Both the position numbers and the translations under genes were made by a program. DNA of 64,000 nucleotides, taken from the NCBI GenBank assembly GCA_010405405.1, contig MU004236.1, forward strand, positions 1,928,070-1,992,069. The letters run 5' to 3'. The DNA comes from Microthyrium microscopicum. Taxonomy: Eukaryota. The notes under the pieces were generated by a model, which was not told where the DNA came from, searched no databases, and saw only the letters and a list, made by a program, of their open reading frames with translations. Positions 34,814-48,526 of this stretch are shown here, piece by piece (the first letter of the stretch is position 1; each line of letters opens with the position of its first letter).

Positions 34814-35383
34814 ATGATCTCCGCTCAACGACCAATTGCTCGCGCAGCTCCCCAGCTGCTGGCTGCCGTCCGCCAGCGCTCTGCTGCTCGCCCGACCCAA
34901 TTCTTGAAGGCACAAACTCGGCTACTTTCTATGCGGCCAACTGGCCGGACTATGCGTGAAAAGGTCCGTTCAAGTCGAACTTGAGATGCTCAATTGAATA
35001 GATATGCTAACGAATGATGCTCAGGAGGACGAAAACCGAGGTACGAACACATATTGAGCTGGAAATATATCTAGACAGCGAACACTAACCATATTAAAGC
35101 ACACACTGTCACACAACGACTAGGTCAATGGAGAAAGATCCCAGTTGAATTGTACCCGATCGGTATGTAAAATTTTACGACATTAGTTGCTATGTGCTAA
35201 CTCTGCCCCAACAGGTGTTGTCCTTGCGTAAGCTCTTCCGCGATTCTGTGTTGACCACCAAACTAACGATATTGAAGCATTGCCATTGCTGCCGCCATAT
35301 ATTCTCTTTTCGCTAAGCTACGCAATGACAAGACCCTTCGTCTATGGCGTAAAGGCAAACCTGCACCTTCCAGCGACCACTAG
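34814..35383 (+). CDS. NDUFA4/MLRQ (B12D)-like small mitochondrial membrane protein
   Basis: Not in the ORF track. Exons 34814-34963, 35025-35040, 35100-35162, 35215-35227, 35278-35383, all GT-AG with CTAAC branch sites. Arg-rich presequence, then KIPVELYPIGVVLAIAIAAAIYSLFAKLRNDKTLRL. Confidence 0.8.
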
Positions 35384-35647
35384 AGTAGTTGAGGAGGGGC
35401 TGGTGTACTAGTCTATTGGCTTTGTTGTGGTGGTTTTGAACCGGCGTTCGATGTCGCCCTATTGCATCTGTATTGACAGTCTCTCGGCCGTCTCATACTG
35501 TAGATTTGTTCCAATAAAACCTATCGGTTGCCAACATGCCAAATTTGTATAGCCAAGCGATCAATCTGCTGTGGTGTTTGCGAGTGTAAATGTGTGCCAG
35601 CGATGGCCGATCCATGTGAAAGTCCTGTCCAGTAGCAGCAAAAGCGT

Positions 35648-36154
35648 TCATCTATCTTTCGGTCCGGCAACATCCAGCGCTTCCAGACCCTGCATTGGAT
35701 CCGGTTCAATTTCCGCGCCTTGTACCTCACCACCGCCATCCTTCTCACCCAACGTATCCACTTGAAATCCTTCCTACACGACCATTAGTCTCTCTTAATA
35801 CCCTTCCCATATCCAAGATTTCAAATAACTCACCTGCTCCCATAGTGCAACTTTACTACCCAGTCCCTCGCCCACATTCTTCACCGGTTTTGCTGGCGCG
35901 CACTTGATCACGCGCCCAAACAGCTCACTCTGGTCCATATTATCAATCGCTTCCCGCGCATCATCCGCAACTTCAAACTCAATGTATCCGAAGCCGCGGT
36001 GTGGATCGCGGTTTGACGGTAATTCGGGCTTGGGGAGCGAGATGTCGACGATGTCGCCAAAGGGAATGAAGGCGCTGTGGAGGGTTTGTGTGGTTACGGC
36101 GGGGTCGAGTCCTCCCACATAGACAGTCGATTTTAGACGTGCGGCGTCGGACAT
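35648..36154 (-). CDS. RRM-only protein related to the cyclophilin E (Cyp33/PPIE) RNA-binding domain
   Basis: Exons 36154-35834 and 35773-35648. RNP2 VYVGGL, RNP1 RGFGYIEF, AIDNMDQSELFGRVI. No PPIase domain. Confidence 0.85.
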
Positions 36155-36418
36155 TATGGAAGGTTAGGATGGGAGTTTGGTCGAATGGTTATGGTGGGGA
36201 TATTTGTGTCGAAGTTTTGGATGGTCGCATTCAACTTTTTGGGATCAGATGTGGTTAGTCAGCAGGAGTAGCGGGATTAGTCAGCCACCACTACAGTCTA
36301 TTTCACTTTTTGCTACTCTCGAAGTTCAAACAACAGTCTACGGGGATGTAATTGGCTTATCATTTGATATGGTACGTTGACTAAAACCACAGCGGTTTAA
36401 TGCAATCTGAGGTTCATT

Positions 36419-37246
36419 TCATGGTACGTCCTTACCATCGGCATAGAATTTGATATCGTTAGCAATTCTGCCGAGAAGTTCCGCCAGATCGTGTTCACTG
36501 CCCATAAACTCAATCTCCATATCCCGATGAATTATGGCAACAGCAACCCAGTTGGCCAAAGTGGTGGCCAGAGCGTGAGGACTAAGATACGCATCCTTTA
36601 GCATCTCGTTCGCTGCACGCTCTCCACAAGCATAGTGTGGTGCTATCGATTCGGGGAGGATATTGACTGGATCTAAGCTGGGCGTTATGAAGTTTACATC
36701 TAAACGCGCCAGAGACATTGCTTCATCGACATTTACTGACTTGGGAGCACCCCATCCGCACCGCAGAATGCGTTCTAATATGCTAGAGAAACGCCAAATG
36801 GAACGTAGGCCCTGGGGTGGAGCCTCTTCGAACCCCGACCGACCTTCTGTCGCAATACCGCTCATGCGAACAGTAACATTTAGCGCCATGCCATGAATGT
36901 TTGGCGCGGGCGGTACGAAAGTCCAGGTCGGCCAAAGCTCATCTTCATTAACGAGAAGTATATCCAGCTCTACTTTGGTATGGGTAATGTGGCGCCGCAC
37001 TTCGAGTGTATCCCTATGGAGTTGTTTGCAGGTCAAGAGTAGGGGAATGGGGTCGGTTGATGGGACAGTAGGTGCCCACAGGACGCCATGACTTTGAAGC
37101 CGCGAGAAATACTCGATATCGTTGAGTTCCACTCGACCTTTGCGATGAGATGCGCCTCCGTCCAGAGCAGCGATGTCGTGGTGGGTGATGGAGTATTTGA
37201 TAATGATGTCACGCAGCTCCTGAGGGAGAGACAGGAGAGGCGACAT
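36419..37246 (-). CDS. Hypothetical protein with F-box-like N-terminus
   Basis: 275-aa ORF beginning LLSLPQELRDIIIKY; LWPTW motif. The 3' end may be spliced. Confidence 0.7.
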   Translation of the reverse strand: MSPLLSLPQELRDIIIKYSITHHDIAALDGGASHRKGRVELNDIEYFSRLQSHGVLWAPTVPSTDPIPLLLTCKQLHRDTLEVRRHITHTKVELDILLVNEDELWPTWTFVPPAPNIHGMALNVTVRMSGIATEGRSGFEEAPPQGLRSIWRFSSILERILRCGWGAPKSVNVDEAMSLARLDVNFITPSLDPVNILPESIAPHYACGERAANEMLKDAYLSPHALATTLANWVAVAIIHRDMEIEFMGSEHDLAELLGRIANDIKFYADGKDVP

Positions 37247-37586
37247 CGGCTGAGTACTCTATGGTTCATTCGTCACAGAATCTTGAGAGTCCGGACTCTG
37301 GATAGATAAGTTGATGTTAAAAAGGTCGGAGGTGGAAAGCGTGCATCCGGGTTTGAGAAGTAGTAATAAGAATTTTATTGATGATGTCAATAAGGGGCTG
37401 CGACGCCATTGTCACTGCCGATATCCTGTAGCCGCCCGATTTTGAAACGTGCAGGATTAGAGTAACTACCTACCTAGTGCGGCGAGGACTAGAGTGACCC
37501 ACCTACAAAGGTAGTACAACTGTTGCTACTATTCATAAAACCCGCCTGCATTTCTCCTGTTCCTGTACTCTCAACTAGCCGTCACG

Positions 37587-39205
37587 ATGAATTCAATTTC
37601 AGTCAGACCAGGAATTTGGCTACTCCCGGTTGAGATCATCGTGCAGATTCTCACAGAAGTATTAAGGCATAGCTTAGGACTCCGTCTGCGACTAGTCTGT
37701 AGTAAGTCTGCTGCCAGCAAGAAAGGAAGACGTTAATGAAGGCTAACTGCGATTCAGAGTTCTTCAGCAGAGAGGTGCTCCGACTTTTGTGTCTGCCCAT
37801 CAACAAAACATTTCTACACCCAAGCCAGCTAAGAAACCTACATTTTCGGCAGATATTTCATCGACACAAATTGATCAGCGGACGCCTCCTTGAACAGATT
37901 TGCCTTGGCAAAGCTCCAAATCCTTTTTTACAAGAGCTCATTGCTGTTATCAATCGAGTTAAATCCAACGAGCGTCCTGGGTTGGACGAAGAAAGCTCTC
38001 TCCGGGTTGCTCGAGTCGTCTGTGACACCGTTTCTATTACGATGTCACGAAGTGCAAACAACTCGATCCTCCAAGCCCTTCCAAGTGCACTAGCGTCCAA
38101 CGATTCTGTTCCGCCAAGCCTGCAAGTCAAAGGGATTCCTCTCGCGTTAGCAGCAGCTTTGGGAATGGAGGATCTTGTGACCACTCTCATGGATGACACA
38201 AGAACAGATTTGACTCACGACCACCCAGTGTTTGGAAATGCTATGCAAGCGGCTGCGTATCAAGGGCAAGACAACGTCGTGAAACTACTTATCGGCAAGG
38301 GATTCAAAGTCAAACCATTGTACGAATGGTATATTGGCGACTATGATGACGAAGACGATCCCTGGGCCTTCCCTCAGGAGTTGTCTCCGCTGGACTTTGC
38401 TGCAAGGGCCGGACATGTCGATACTCTTAAGCAATTACTCTTGCCAGAGAGTTTACCCTTTCAGCTGGATTCGTGGTCTGGTAGATTCTGGGTCCGGCAT
38501 GCGGCGGCAGTGTCTATCTACAATTTCCAGCTCCATAGTCTTGAATTCTTAGTTCCTTATTTGAATTTCACCGACGATCAGGGCGTATGGCAGCCGTATT
38601 CTCAACTGGCTGGAGCATTGGGCATAGCTGCGAGGAACGGCGCAATGGAGATTGCTCGTTTCCTTTTCGATAAATTCGCCAAAACCATTCAACATGACAC
38701 TTTTAACTGCCTCGTGAGAAGATGTAGCTTCTGTCGCACCATCTCGAGTTTTATGTGTCAAGCAGCGCTACGTAGCCATGATATCCTGGAATACATCTTA
38801 AGCTGTGGCTACAATCCAGACTTGTTTAGTCGGGATCATCGCGCACGAGCACTGGACTGTGCAGAACAGTTGCGTTCTATCAAGCTCATACATGAGTTTG
38901 GTGGGAATCTTTCTACAAATATAGATCGCCGACTTGCGAGTTGTGCTAGAAGAAACGATATGAAGGCGTTGGAGTATTTTATGTTACATGCATGCGAATT
39001 AGACGCGAATGCTCTCCATCGTCCATTATGTGCGGCTGTGTACGCATCTACTGTCGAAATCGCGCAACGGCTTGTGAACGCTGGTGCAGATCCCCATAGA
39101 CGAGGAGGCTACTATACGGGTTCACCTTTGGAAATAGCGTTGAAGCGCGGCAACATGGAAATGGCTCAAATGTTCCAACAGGAACTTGAAAATAAAGAAC
39201 AATAA
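37587..39205 (+). CDS. F-box-like plus ankyrin-repeat protein
   Basis: Exon 37587-37701, intron GTAAGT..GCTAAC..CAG, exon 37758-39205, giving LLPVEIIVQIL...LRLVCKFF. Ankyrin repeats NAMQAAAYQG, SPLDFAARAGH, SPLEIALKRGN. Confidence 0.8.
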
Positions 39206-39254
39206 GATTGCGACTCTAAACAGCACAACAAAGGAACAAAAAACTCTGCCAACC

Positions 39255-39650
39255 TCACCCCCAATTGACCATATTCTTATACTCCTTTTCTGGCACAGCT
39301 ACATTTTCATAATCAGCACGACGCTTCAACTTTGGATCCCCACGAGTCCTGGACGTTTTGACGTCAAAGCAGTCATGGTCATCATCCGTCATGCAGAGAG
39401 GCCAAACTCGTTTTGCCGACATGTCGCAGTACTTGTTCTCGCTGAGCGATATAAAATCCGGACCCACTGAGCTATCACAACCACAGAGATCGTGAGCGCT
39501 ATGGCTGTCGCTTTCGCTCTTTATTAGAGTCCTGTTGATGAAGTTGGCTCGTCTTTGACTGAACTCTTTTGGCGACGGTCGCAATTTGACCTCACGCTTT
39601 TTGAGCTTGTGTAGCAGCTCAGGATCATTGTTCACACCGGGGACCAAGAC
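39255..39650 (-). pseudogene. C-terminal fragment of a Cys-rich fungal protein
   Basis: SAHDLC..SSVGPDFIS..ENKYCDM..VWPLC..CFD pattern. In-frame TAA immediately upstream, with no ATG or convincing upstream exon. Confidence 0.5.
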
Positions 39651-40455
39651 TTAGGAAGATCCTGAAAATGGGGCCCCGAGCCTGAGCAGCCCATGAGTGA
39701 GCGAACAGACCTTGAGCAGATCTTGAGCAGCCTGAGGCCAGTTTGATCAGTCGTTGACTAGAACTTGAACAGACGGAGCGGCCAGAGCAGCACAGGATCT
39801 GAGCCGAAGCAGTATCGACGCAAGTATAGAAAGAAGTGATTAGGATAATGAATGGGAGTTTGAAAGTTTATGTAGCAAATCTCCATGGGGAGGGTATGTA
39901 CTGGGCCAAAGCATACCTACATACACAGGTAGCAGCGAGGGCCTCTAATCGCCTAATCCGAAAGAGGCAGCGCAATAGGACAGAGTTTACTACACTGAAA
40001 TCCGATATGCATGAGAAACTCATCTCTAGACAGTCCAGAGGGTGAAATACTCGCCTTTGTTACATACTTGAACAAAAAGAAGATTTTGAATTGTGGTTAA
40101 TGTGTAAGGTATGGAATATTTATGGTCGTTGAGTTTCAATGTTCCGGCAATCTGATTGAAGTTTGTGAAGTCAATCGTGAAGTATTGGAAATTTGGTGCC
40201 TGGTTGCCCTAGCCTGAAGCTGTTGCCTCAGGTTCGCCTTCTAAACCCTTAGGCAGCAAATGCCACAGTTGCTGAACGAATATGGAAGTGACGGCATGCT
40301 GTGAGTCTCAAGCGATCTGTCACGACACTACAGCTCTTGCGAAGCTCATTTTAGACTCGTCTCAATCCATCCCATCTCTCTTTATGCTCTTGCGTGGTTA
40401 TTTGACATTGATGTATCGTAATTCCACCTAGGTGCCCCATCGCAAGCTCATCAAC

Positions 40456-43400
40456 ATGGTTCGACTTCGCGAAATTCCTAGGACAGCGGCCTTTGCTTGG
40501 TCAACTGGTGCTGCCTCTCCTCAACTGGTCACTGGAACCAAAGCTGGAGCTGTCGATGCTGAATTCTCCAATGAGACTGCGCTTGAGCTCTGGAACCTTG
40601 ACTTTGAAAACCCAAGCGCTGGTGTTGAGTCCAAGCCAGCTGCCTCCTTACCCGTCGACTCGAGGTATTATCATTCTGAGTTATATCTGGCTTAAGGGCA
40701 AGGTTCTAATGCATTGATAGATTTCACGCGATTGCCTGGAGCACACCTACTGATACCTACAAATCTGGAATCATTGCTGGTGCTTTAGAATCTGGCTCAT
40801 TGGATCTCTGGGACACCTCCAAGCTTGCATCTAATGGCAGGTCAGTACTACCCATCTGCAATTCTTGTACTCTACTAATCGAAGCAGTAATGCCACAATT
40901 GCCAGATCTACCAAGCACAGCGGTGCAATTAAAACCCTTCAATTCAACCCACATCGAGATGACCTTCTTGCGAGCGCCGGCGTCAAAGGTGAACTATACA
41001 TTACCAACTTGACCAATCCTAGTGATCCGTTCAGACTAGGTACAGGCGCAGCTCGAGCTGATGACTTTGATGCATTGGACTGGAATAAAAAGGTGGCGCA
41101 TATTCTGGTAACGGGAAGCAATGGAGGCTTTGCAACAGTCTGGGACGTTCGGAACAAAAAGGAGTCATTAAACTTGAACAACTCCGGCCGTAAACCAGTT
41201 AGTTCGATAGCATGGGATCCTACAACCCCTACGAAGTTGGCCACTGCAACATCATCTGATCAGGAACCGGCGGTGTTCGTATGGGATCTACGAAACTCCA
41301 ATGCCCCTGAGAAGACGTTGAGATTGCACGATCAAGGCGTCCTATCTTTATCATGGAGTCAGTGGGATCCGCGATTACTACTTTCTTGCGGCAAGGACAA
41401 CCGCACTGTCTGTTGGAACACGCACACTGGAGAGGCATTTGGAGAATTCCCCATTGTCACAAACTGGACATTCCAGACCAGCTGGAATCCACGTCATCCC
41501 GGCCTTCTCGCTACAGCATCTTTTGATGGCAAGATCTCGATACAGACAATTCAAAACACCAATCCGGATAGCTCAGATTCGGCCGCTGATCAAGCTCTTG
41601 ATGGCGCTGATTTCTTCGCCAGTGCCGGCACTAGACCTCAAGGTGTTTCATTTTCTCTACCAATCGCTCCAACTTGGTTGCAACGCCCAGTCAGCGCCAC
41701 GTTTGGATTTGGCGGCAAATTGGTCAAGGTTGGACCAGTCGACGCTACCTCGAAAACATCAAAAATCAGTATTTCTACCTTCGTGTCCGATCCATCGATT
41801 GGCGAATCGTCTCAAAAGTTTGAAGAGACTATTAAGGGAGGCGATCTGAAAGGGTTTTGCGAAGGAAAGATCTCGGATGCCAAATCGGACGACGAAAAAG
41901 CAGACTGGACGGTTATTGAAACACTTATATCCGGTTCTCGCCTCAAATTAAAGGAGTACATCGGATTCGCGGAGGAAACGCAGCAAAATGGCGATATCGT
42001 CGCTGAGAAACCCAAAGCTGCAAGTGGAGATGACGCTTCCTTCTTCGACAATGCTGAGGGAGATGATAACTTTCTCTCCAATCTGGCTGCATCAAAAGGA
42101 GCGAAAACCAATAATCCATTCAATGTCTATACTGGGTCCGAGTCCGACTCTGACAAGAGCATAACACGGGCCTTGATACTGGGAAACTTTGAAGACGCAC
42201 TCGATGTCTGTCTGAAGGAAAAGCGTATGTCGGATGCTTTTATGATTGCCATTTGTGGGGGTGATAAATGCATCGAGAAGGCCAAGGCTGCATACTTTAA
42301 ACAAGTATCTGATGGTCCCAACTATCTACGCCTTCTTGCTTCATTTTCGGGCAAGAATCTTTGGGATGTTGTCTATAACGCCGATCTCAAGGAATGGAAG
42401 GATGTGATGGCAGCTATTTGCACATATGCCAATGAAAAAGACTTCCCCGATTTGTGTGAAGCGCTGGGAGATCGGCTGCAAGACCAAACCACAGCCGAGC
42501 ATAAAGATGCTTCTTTCTGTTACCTTGCTGGGTCCAAACTTGAAAAGGTCGTCACCATATGGCTTCAAGAACTAAGAGATAAGGAAAAGTCGTCGATCAA
42601 GGAGGGTGGGGAAGAATCGAGCTTCTTCTCCATTCATGCCAACAGCTTGCAAGAATTTATCGAAAAGGTCACGATCTTCCGTCAAGTCACGGATTTCCGC
42701 GATGGGGAGGCTTCAAAGACAGAAGATTGGAAGCTGGCACCCTTATACGCCAAATACGCTGAATATGCCGACATTCTAGCTTCTCAAGGACATCTATCTA
42801 GCGCCGAACGATATCTTGATCTTTTGCCGCCTCGATATCCTGCTGCAGAGGTCTCAAGAAACCGCGTAAAAAATGCTACTCGCAAAGCTGCTGCTACAAA
42901 CCAACGCGGTGGTGCAACCACTACTACAGCCCAGCGAGGACAGCGCGTCGTCCAAACCTTCCAACCTGCAGCTCCTGCAAACAACGCATATGCTCCGACA
43001 GGTCCTTCAATACCACAACCATCAGCCTTTCAACAACCCGCAACATTCCAGCCAGCTGCCGCTCCAACAAGAAATGTGTACGCGCCAGCTGGTATGCAGC
43101 AGCCTCAACAGGGCTACCAGCAACCAGGCGGGTATCAACAGCCATATGGCTCCGCGCCCTATGGTGGTTTTGGAGCACCACCTCAGCAACCGCCTCCTAC
43201 TTCTGCTTCCCCATCTGTCCCGCCTGCCTTTCGAGCATCTGACCTCCAACAGTGGAATGATACTCCTGACTTTGGACCGAAGGCCATTCCGCGCAGAAGC
43301 ACACCAAGTGTCCAACCTCCAACTCCATCTCCATATGCTCCTCAACAAGTGGTCTCACCAGGTCAGGCAAATGCCTATGGTGCTCCTCCACCAAAGTCAG

Positions 43401-44485
43401 CAACCCCTCTCCCTCCTCCACCTAAAGCTGGAGCTCCCCGTATAACATCTCCGCCCAACGTTCCTCTCGCTAGTCACGAGCCAAGACCAACATCAGCAGC
43501 AGCAAACTCTTATGCACCTCCAGCTGGAATTCCTGCAGCAGTGCAATCACACATCACTACTCCACGAGGAGCTTCTCCTTACAACGCACCGCCTGCTGGT
43601 GGACCTCCCAGCAATCGTTACGCGCCCGCCCCAGGGTCACAGCCATCGGCGCCGACTGGGTATGCTGGAGGACCTCCTCCACCAAGACAGCCAGCCGCGT
43701 CGCCGTATGCTCCACCGCGAACCAGTTCGTATGGCGCCGCCCCTCCGGCACCTCAAGCTTATGGCGCTGCTCCTCCACCACCAGCTGGCTCATATGGAGC
43801 CCCACCACCAGGAGCTGCTTCATATGGTGGTCCACCCCCTCCAGTAGCCTCTCAAAACGTGCCACCACCTGCTCCTCCACCAAAGGGACCTGCGCCACCT
43901 CCACGAGTCAATCCGCCGCCTCAAGGACCTCCTGCATCACGAGCGATCAATACACTACCATCGCCACAACCTTCGGATTCGCGCCCAGGGTCACAGAATG
44001 GGAGCAAGCAACTTCCGTCCACACCACAGTATCGTCAGTAGTATATGCCCCCATTTAATGCATACCCACTAACTCGCCACAGCGTCTGGTGATCGTAGTC
44101 ATATTCCGCAACATTCACAGCCAATTTTTGAGATCTTGAATGGCGAGATGCAACGCATCAAGGCCAAAGCACCGGCCGCCTACCAACAGCAGGTCATTGA
44201 CACGGAAAAACGCCTGGGCATCCTCTTTGACCATCTGAACAATGAGGATTTGCTAAGACCAGACACAATTGGGCAGATGCAGCAGTTGGCGAGCCAATTA
44301 CAAGGCCGACAACACGCTCAGGCTACACAGTTGCTAACGGAAGTAATGACCACAAAAACGGATGAAGGCAGCAACTGGATGGTAAGCTCCCTAGACTTCT
44401 CCTAGGTGTTAATATGGAAACTAATATCATGCTACAGGTTGGTGTCAAACGACTGATCATTATGAGTAAGGCAACTCCACTGTAG
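40456..44485 (+). CDS. SEC31: COPII outer coat protein Sec31
   Basis: Exons 40456-40664, 40721-40840, 40888-44033, 44083-44381, 44438-44485. [18 protein letters not shown]40 repeats, FGFGGKLV, Pro-rich linker, LFDHLNN...WMVGVKRLI. Confidence 0.96.
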
Positions 44486-45054
44486 GACCAAGTTACCAAC
44501 AGGCCGACAAAGTAAATCTTAGATGAAGGTAGTAAGTAGCTGCAGCACAGATCATGAATTAAAAGCGCATTGTATTTTGATGAATCATACAATTCTACAT
44601 TTTGGTCAATCGAATGGGCAGTTTACATGCAGAGGTAGTCGAATGCAGCACACCCCTGTCGCACGCTAACCTCACGTCGTATATCGAGCTCTACCAAGCT
44701 CCAGAGCAGATCTTAGCTGTTATCGCCGACATAGTTACGCCGATGTATTCGGACTTTGAATGGTAGAGATTCCCGCTGATGGGTCCATCATATTTGAAAA
44801 CCGGCATGTCACCCCAAGATCGGACAGTCGGTTGATCCTAACATCCGGAATCCTCAAATCAGGCACACTATCTCCCCTTAACACCGTTCTTCTCTCGGAG
44901 AAGCTTCATTGAACGATCCACTGTTTACATTTTATGGCGCTTCAGCTAAATATAAATATGGACCAGCCCTCCGATTTAGAAACAGACTCAAAAACAACTA
45001 ACTGCTCAATTCATCCTGATCCCATCACACCATTCCACAATCCCTAACCCAACA

Positions 45055-46076
45055 ATGTCTCCCGCTCCAGCCCTCCAGAAAGTCGCCATCGTCGGCGTAA
45101 GTAACATCCAGCTTCACTAAAGACATCAATCTCTAACATCTTGTAGGCCGGTGGCCGTGTAGGCGGCGAGTTCGCCAAAGCCCTCCTCAAAACAGGAAAC
45201 CACACCGTCACAGCCATCACCCGCGCCGGCTCCAAATCTAGCCTGCCAGACGGCATCCAGACCATCGAGGTCAACTACGATGACGAAGAGTCCATCGTCG
45301 CCGCCTGCAAAGGCCAGCAATTCCTCGCCATCACCCTGGGCGTCACTGCACCACCCGATCTCCATGGCAAAATCGTCAAGGCTGCTGTGAGCGCTGGTGT
45401 CAAATACATCATGCCCAACGTTTACGGATATGACCCCGAAAACATCAATCTCACGTCTGGAAATAGCTATTCCGCCATGTCTGCGGGACGCTTGAAGGAG
45501 GTCACCAGTGCCGGCGGTACCTACATTGCACTTACATGCGGTTTCTGGTATGAGTGGAGTTTGGGTCTGGGCATGTACGGCATTGACATTGCAAACAAGA
45601 CCGTCGTTCTTATGGACGATGGCAAGACGAAGATCTGCACAAGCACTTTCCCACAGTGTGGTCGTGCCTTTGCGGCGCTGCTGAGTCTGCCTGAGTCTGG
45701 CGCGTCGCCGTGTCTGGCTGACTGGAAGAATAAGCCGGTGTATATGAACAGCTTCCTAGTCAGTCAGCGGGACATGTTGGATAGTGTGAATCGTGCGAAT
45801 GGTACGAAGGATGAGGATTGGACTATCACGCATGAGGGCAGTGAGCAGCGTCACAAGGATGCGATGGAGAAGATGAAGACTGGGGATCGCAGGGCATTTG
45901 CAACGGCAATGTATTCGCGAATGTTTTTCCAGAATGGCGATGGAGACTACACGAGTAGGGGTTTGGCGAATGAGGTGTTGGGATTGCCAAAAGAGAATTT
46001 GGATGAGGCCACGAAGGTGGTTGTTAAGATGGTTGATAAAGGGTACTCGTTGGCTACTGTCGGTATGGGCTCTTAG
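45055..46076 (+). CDS. NmrA/isoflavone-reductase-like NAD(P)-binding oxidoreductase (CipA-like)
   Basis: Exons 45055-45096 and 45147-46076. Rossmann motif KVAIVGAGGRVG; CGFWYEWSL. Confidence 0.88.
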
Positions 46077-46200
46077 ATATGTATAGAGACAGATCACTTA
46101 AAGTGAGCTAGCTATATCCCGCAGGAGTAATTACAACATGTTGCAAGAAATTGAGGACTTGCTGGGCACAACACCCAGAAACTTCTTACTATTGTATTCA

Positions 46201-46999
46201 CTATCGTCGCTTAACATCCTCCATATCATCACCAAACACTTTCCGCTCCAAACTGCACCTTAAAACCCTTCTTCCCTTGATAATGTTCTTCAAGCCGTTA
46301 TCATCCCTATCATAGTAGATTGACCAGGTATCCTTATCTTCCTCCACAGCCACAAACCCTTCCCATTCCTCCAGCATCAGCCCAAGTTCATCGTCAGTCC
46401 AATCCCATGGCCCTAGAATGTGACCATCGGCAGCTGCTCGACTGCCATATTTGACTTCAAAAGTGTTTCGATCGATATATATCCAGTTCAGTGTGGGTGG
46501 GTCTTCTGATATGGTACTGACCAATCCTCGGAATGGTGGCGGTTGATTGAGTCGCTCGAAGATTGAGTTGGATGTAGCAGCTGTTGGTTGGAAGTCGAGG
46601 AAAAACCCGTTAAATAGATGGGGTGGCTCGTCGGCTCCTGGTACTGGTATTGGATCGTCTGTTTTTGGGTCGACTTTGGTGAGATACAGCTATTTTCAGA
46701 TGGTAAGTCTAAGATTTTTGAGGAGATATGTTGGAAAAGTTTGATGTCTTTTACATAGTAACAACAATATAGAAGTGGAGTTTACTTACTTTTTCATCTC
46801 TCAAAACAACTATACTGTTGTCCACTTGATCCCGCTTTCGAGATTCTGCATCACAAAAGACTTCAATATGGAAGTCCTGCATTCGATGATCATCTCGGTC
46901 TTCTTCTCGGTCTTCTTCCAGCTCTTTATTATGTCTGATGCCTTCCGCGGTTGCCACTGAAACAGGAAGTCCAAGGAGTCCCAGTAATTCGAGAACCAT
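46201..46999 (-). CDS. Hypothetical fungal protein
   Basis: Exons 46999-46790 and 46689-46201 join three ORF fragments: GLVSTISEDPPTLNWIYID, GPWDWT, WEGFVAVEE, YYDRDDN. Confidence 0.8.
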
Positions 47000-47457
47000 T
47001 TTCAACTCTGGTTAGACTAGTACTTGCAAGGTTGCTTTAGTCTGCGCTCAACTCCCAAGGGTCTCGTCGTTGGTGTTGCTAATGGCATCAGACCAACCAG
47101 GGAATATTTCATTGAGGTTATAATCTCATGTGATCTCTGCTGATCCAAAAAGCTACCTTGATATGCTTCCAGACGTTATTTTCCTCTCACAAGGAGATTG
47201 TGATCCAAGATTCTGTTGCCGAGGGCTGGTTGGCGATGATGTCATTCCCATTTTCCGTGACACCAAAACACCAAAGGCATCGTGACTTTCTCTTATTCTC
47301 AGAAAAGCGCAAAAGTGTAGAAAAGGTTCATCAAAAAGTTATACATGCTAGCTCCTAGATACGGACATAGAATAGTTTGACGGCTGGATTAGGACGCGAC
47401 AAGCTAGGCATAATGATTAAGTATTGTATTGTATAAGGACCCAGTAAGTTCTGAACA

Positions 47458-48526
47458 TTATAATTTTAGGATTGTCTGTACATGAGCCCATCGCTTTGAT
47501 CTCATCGGATCGAGCCGTTGCAACTCTGAAAGCCATTGACCTACCTCGTCTTTAGGCGTCGAGACATAGGCTGCGAAATCTGCGTGGTATTGTAGCAGAG
47601 ATTGATATATCCATTTACAGTCATCATAATCCTCAAGAATTTCTTTGATTCTCTCAATCTCTTGCTCCAGATATCTTTGCCTATCCGAGTCAAGCAAGTC
47701 AGTGATGATGAGGTCGGCCGCAGGATATGCACAATCCAAAGTGCTCATAAGGTATTGATGGTAGAACCATGCCGACTGATTGAATGGATCGATCAGGGCC
47801 TCCTGCATCATATCGAGTTCCTGATCAAATAGTTTCCGCCTATCAGTGTTCGATGCGTTACGCTCGCTCAAAAGACGTGGAATGAGCTTGCTTCGATAGT
47901 GAAGGGCCGAAAAGTTCTGCAACGCCTTCCGGATCATTTTGGTGGTATATTCAAACTCGGATTCCACCATTGACACTTGCTGCAGTTCTTCTAGTTGCAA
48001 AATGACATGTCTTCGATAGTCCCAGCCATGAAAGTTACGTTCGTCTCTGGTCAACATCTTACCAACCAAGCCAACCTCCTCCTTCCAGAACTGAACAGCT
48101 TGATCAAGCTCCAGGTGTGTTTTTACTTGATCCAAAAGCCACATACGATAGTTCCAGATCCAGTAGCATTTGGGATATTGGACCATCAGAGGAACGAGGA
48201 ATTGTAGATCTGAGGCGATGAGATTGGCAGGGGGGGCACCTTCGCGGTTAAAGAGTGCCTGGAGTACGCGACGTCGATAATTCCAAATGGTGTAATACTC
48301 TGGATTCTTTGCGAGCAATTTTGAGATTGCGTTTAGTGTATTGGATGAAAATTCTGGGGCGCGCATTTGTTCCTCGACTTGCGCCACCAAGCCGCGATAG
48401 TCCGCAATGTTCCTCCTTTCCTTCTCCAGGTCGCGTTCCCGCCCTCCCGAAACTCGAGGTATTCCATGCTACAACGCGTCAACTTTTCATCCATTCGCAT
48501 CGATCAGGGAGAAAACTCACACTCAT
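47458..48526 (-). CDS. BET4: Rab geranylgeranyltransferase (GGTase-II) alpha subunit
   Basis: 6-nt first exon ATGAGT (48526-48521), intron, exon 48468-47458, giving MSHGIPR. PPTA repeats NPEYYTIWNYRR, PKCYWIWNYR, RNFHGWDYRR, NFSALHYR. Confidence 0.92.
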
